Assembly: GCF_001194135.2 (NCBI RefSeq) | Contig: NC_069005.1 | Location: 467,950-531,949, forward strand | Source of the DNA: Octopus bimaculoides | Taxonomy: Eukaryota | Direction: 5' to 3' | Length of the DNA stretch: 64,000 nt | Made by a program: the position numbers and the translations under genes | Part shown: positions 61,351-64,000 of the stretch, piece by piece | Layout of the letters: each line of letters opens with the position of its first letter | Numbering within the stretch: position 1 is the first letter of the stretch | Notes under the pieces: generated by a model | What the model saw: only the letters and a program-made list of their open reading frames with translations | Databases searched by the model: none | What the model was told of the DNA's origin: nothing

Positions 61351-62351
61351 CAATTATGATGCAGAAACAGAGATAATAGTTGCTGTTACTTTGCGATAAC
61401 TGGTTTAAGCTTAATTCTTCTGTCAAATGTTCTGCTTCAATTACTTTATCCATTTCTCTGCCACCAGTCAAATAACTGAAAAGCATACAGGACTTGGAGG
61501 AGGGTTGGCCCATAGATACATCTCACATAGGCCCATGGCATATGTGGATATGCCTTAGAGTCATGTGAACCAGTACCCCTGCCTAAGAGTTTAAAAAGTC
61601 CTGTGCCTCAAAGGTAAGCTCAAGAGAGCAGAAGACTAGCAGAGGAAACGGTAAATAAACAAGAGAAGGTGACAGGCAGACATTGCTGTAGCTTTCTCAA
61701 GAAAAATCAAGACTCTTCAGACGTTGGGATAAAGGTCCATAGTACCAATAGGCATGGAACATGAAGAGAGAGAGAGAGAATGCAGCTGAGATTTATCACA
61801 CATCTAACCAATTATCTTAGCATCTCAAAAATCTCACCAGAACTACCTTTCATTCTAAGAATATTAATACTTGTTTTTCAATTTGATAAGAGAACGCTTT
61901 GTGTGTGTGTGTGTGTGTGCATGTGGGGTGGGGTGCTGTCTGTGTATGCACACGAGTGTGTGTGTGTGTGTGCATGCAAATGCATGAATGTAAGATCTAT
62001 ATTGAAATGTGCACTATAATTTCACAAAGCTCTCATAAATTATGTAGCATTCATGCTGCTTTCAGCTGTGTGCTTTGACGATTAAAAAAATTTTAAAAAA
62101 ATTTCTTAAAAAACCCACAATATTTACTGCAAATTGAATTGAGGTCAGAAAATGCTAAATGTCTTGGCCATGATGTCAGTGCAGCACCAGTGAAGGTTTG
62201 TGATTCATTAACATTCTGGTTGGCAGGTCAAAAGCCCCATTGAGACAGACTTCTGTAACCCTCTCGCATGGGAAAGCAAATAAAAACAAAAATAAATCAT
62301 GAAAAACATAAAGTTGCTCCCACAAACATATGCAACATACATACATACATG

Positions 62352-62402
<51 letters not shown>

Positions 62403-63499
62403 ATATGTATGTACGTACATACCTATATATACACAAACATATATATATGCATACATACATACATACATACATACATNNNNNNNNNNNNNNNNNNNNNNNN
62501 NNNNNNNNNNNNNNNNNNNNNNNNNNNNNNNNNNNNNNNNNNNNNNNNNNNNNNNNNNNNNNNNNNNNNNNNNNNNNNNNNNNNNNNNNNNNNNNNNNNN
62601 NNNNNNNNNNNNNNNNNNNNNNNNNNNNNNNNNNNNNNNNNNNNNNNNNNNNNNNNNNNNNNNNNNNNNNNNNNNNNNNNNNNNNNNNNNNNNNNNNNNN
62701 NNNNNNNNNNNNNNNNNNNNNNNNNNNNNNNNNNNNNNNNNNNNNNNNNNTGTGTGTGTGTGTGCGCGCATGCATATGTATGTACGTACATACCTATATA
62801 TACACAAACATATATATATGCATGTATAACATATTATGCTTTACATATATAAAAATACCAGTAATTATTAAAATATATAACGTAGAACATAGAAAGTAGA
62901 ATAGTTTCTTACAGCTGTTTCAGCCAAGAGGTCATAGTACCCCACTTTACTTCCATCCCTTCAGTGAACTGAAGACTTTACAATCATTCAGTGTGTGTAC
63001 ATATCTTTATGGGACATCCTGTGTGTGTGTATATGTGTGTGTGTGTGTATGTTTGTTTGTGTGTGTGTGTGCTTGTGTGTGCGTGTGTGTGCACACGTGC
63101 ATGCATGCATGCATGTGTGTGTGTGTGCGTGCATGTGTGTGTGTCCACAGACATCTAGAGAAGATTTGGAGAAGGAGTAAAGAAATTCCAGACATGGAAA
63201 TAAAACCTGGATTTGAAAGAAATTAAAGTAAACTTAGCAATCACTAAAATTTTGTCAAATAAGAAAATAAACAGAACTCTGCTACCATCAGGAAAATGGC
63301 TGGACTTGAGATAAAGAAAAGGAGTAAGTAGAAATTCCAATTGCTGTGCTTAGTTGCATAGAATGGATACACAAAAACATGAAGTAGGGTCCTTGGAAGG
63401 CTGTATATTCTTTGTAAACAGCAGGGGTACAAGGATCACGAGCATCAAAGACATTCAGGAAATAGATGCTCTCAAATGCTGAGAAGGATCCCCGGTAGC

Positions 63500-63770
63500 T
63501 AACTGTTTCTATTGTTTAGATGACCTGATTAACAGTGAAGGTGGGTATTTGGGGGATAAGAATCGGTGAAGTTCCAGGAGCCCCTAGCTCTGGTGGAAAC
63601 AAAGTAGTTCCTCTTCAGAGTGAAGAGTAGATTGCATTATGCTTGGGAGGGAGTAATGCTGCACAGTAACAAGATGCAGACATCAAATGCAGAGAGTTTA
63701 TGAAGTCTGGAAACAAGAAAAAGTGTGCATGCTTTACTGGATGTGTAATGCTAGAGTAGGAACGTCAGTC
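63500..63770 (+). mobile_element. RTE-clade LINE RT C-terminal remnant
   Basis: YCLDDLINSEGG...IRIG..KFQEPL...RLHYA...MLYWMCN, frameshifted; collinear with 61085-61350. Confidence 0.7.
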
Positions 63771-63841
63771 CACTAGTATACGTGAAGGATGAAGCTGAAA
63801 GGGAAACTAGACTCAAGAGAAATCAAATGTGCAAAAAGACG

Positions 63842-63998
63842 GAAGAATTACTAAAGAATTAATGAATCAGACAGAATATAACAGAGACAGATGAAAGAAA
63901 ATATTACAAAGAAATATTCAAGACACAATAGATTAATTCTTAAAGGTGAGCTCAATGTCAGAAATAACATAATAGATATCAATAGTTCAGTGGAGGGG
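63842..63998 (+). repeat. Right arm of the inverted repeat (probably continues past the window edge)
   Basis: Reverse complement of 60466-60622. Confidence 0.92.
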
Positions 63999-64000
63999 TG

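Noticed and set aside
62391-62822. About 70-bp direct repeat on both sides of the N-gap
   Set aside because: Most likely the same sequence assembled twice at contig ends flanking the gap.

Overview
Eukaryotic (animal) genomic DNA: AT-rich, intron-rich, dense in microsatellites and short interspersed repeats, with several N-gaps. The repeat landscape looks like octopus/cephalopod DNA; this is an inference, not a search result. Four protein-coding loci are supported. (1) A minus-strand metallo-beta-lactamase gene resembling Thermotoga/plant TM-type short tRNase Z, with exons 6804-6344, 3307-3100 and 151-1; it runs off the left edge. (2) A minus-strand Anp1/Mnn9/Van1-family (GT62) glycosyltransferase with a single coding exon, 11384-10284; this family is best known from fungal mannan synthesis. 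(3) A plus-strand AKAP10/D-AKAP2 gene with 13 reconstructed coding exons (20729-45290, 725 aa) and a probable 3' UTR intron. (4) An unidentified minus-strand Asn-rich terminal exon (58152-57620), possibly preceded by a 5-nt microexon. Between them lie decayed R4/Dong-like, RTE and Penelope-like retroelements, mariner and maT (DD37D) transposase remnants, SINE-like repeats and piggyBac-like MITEs. The most interesting signals are the two adjacent enzymes atypical for animals (GT62 and TM-type tRNase Z), an internally inverted R4-like insertion and two inverted-repeat structures. No database searches were run; all family calls come from motif recognition.
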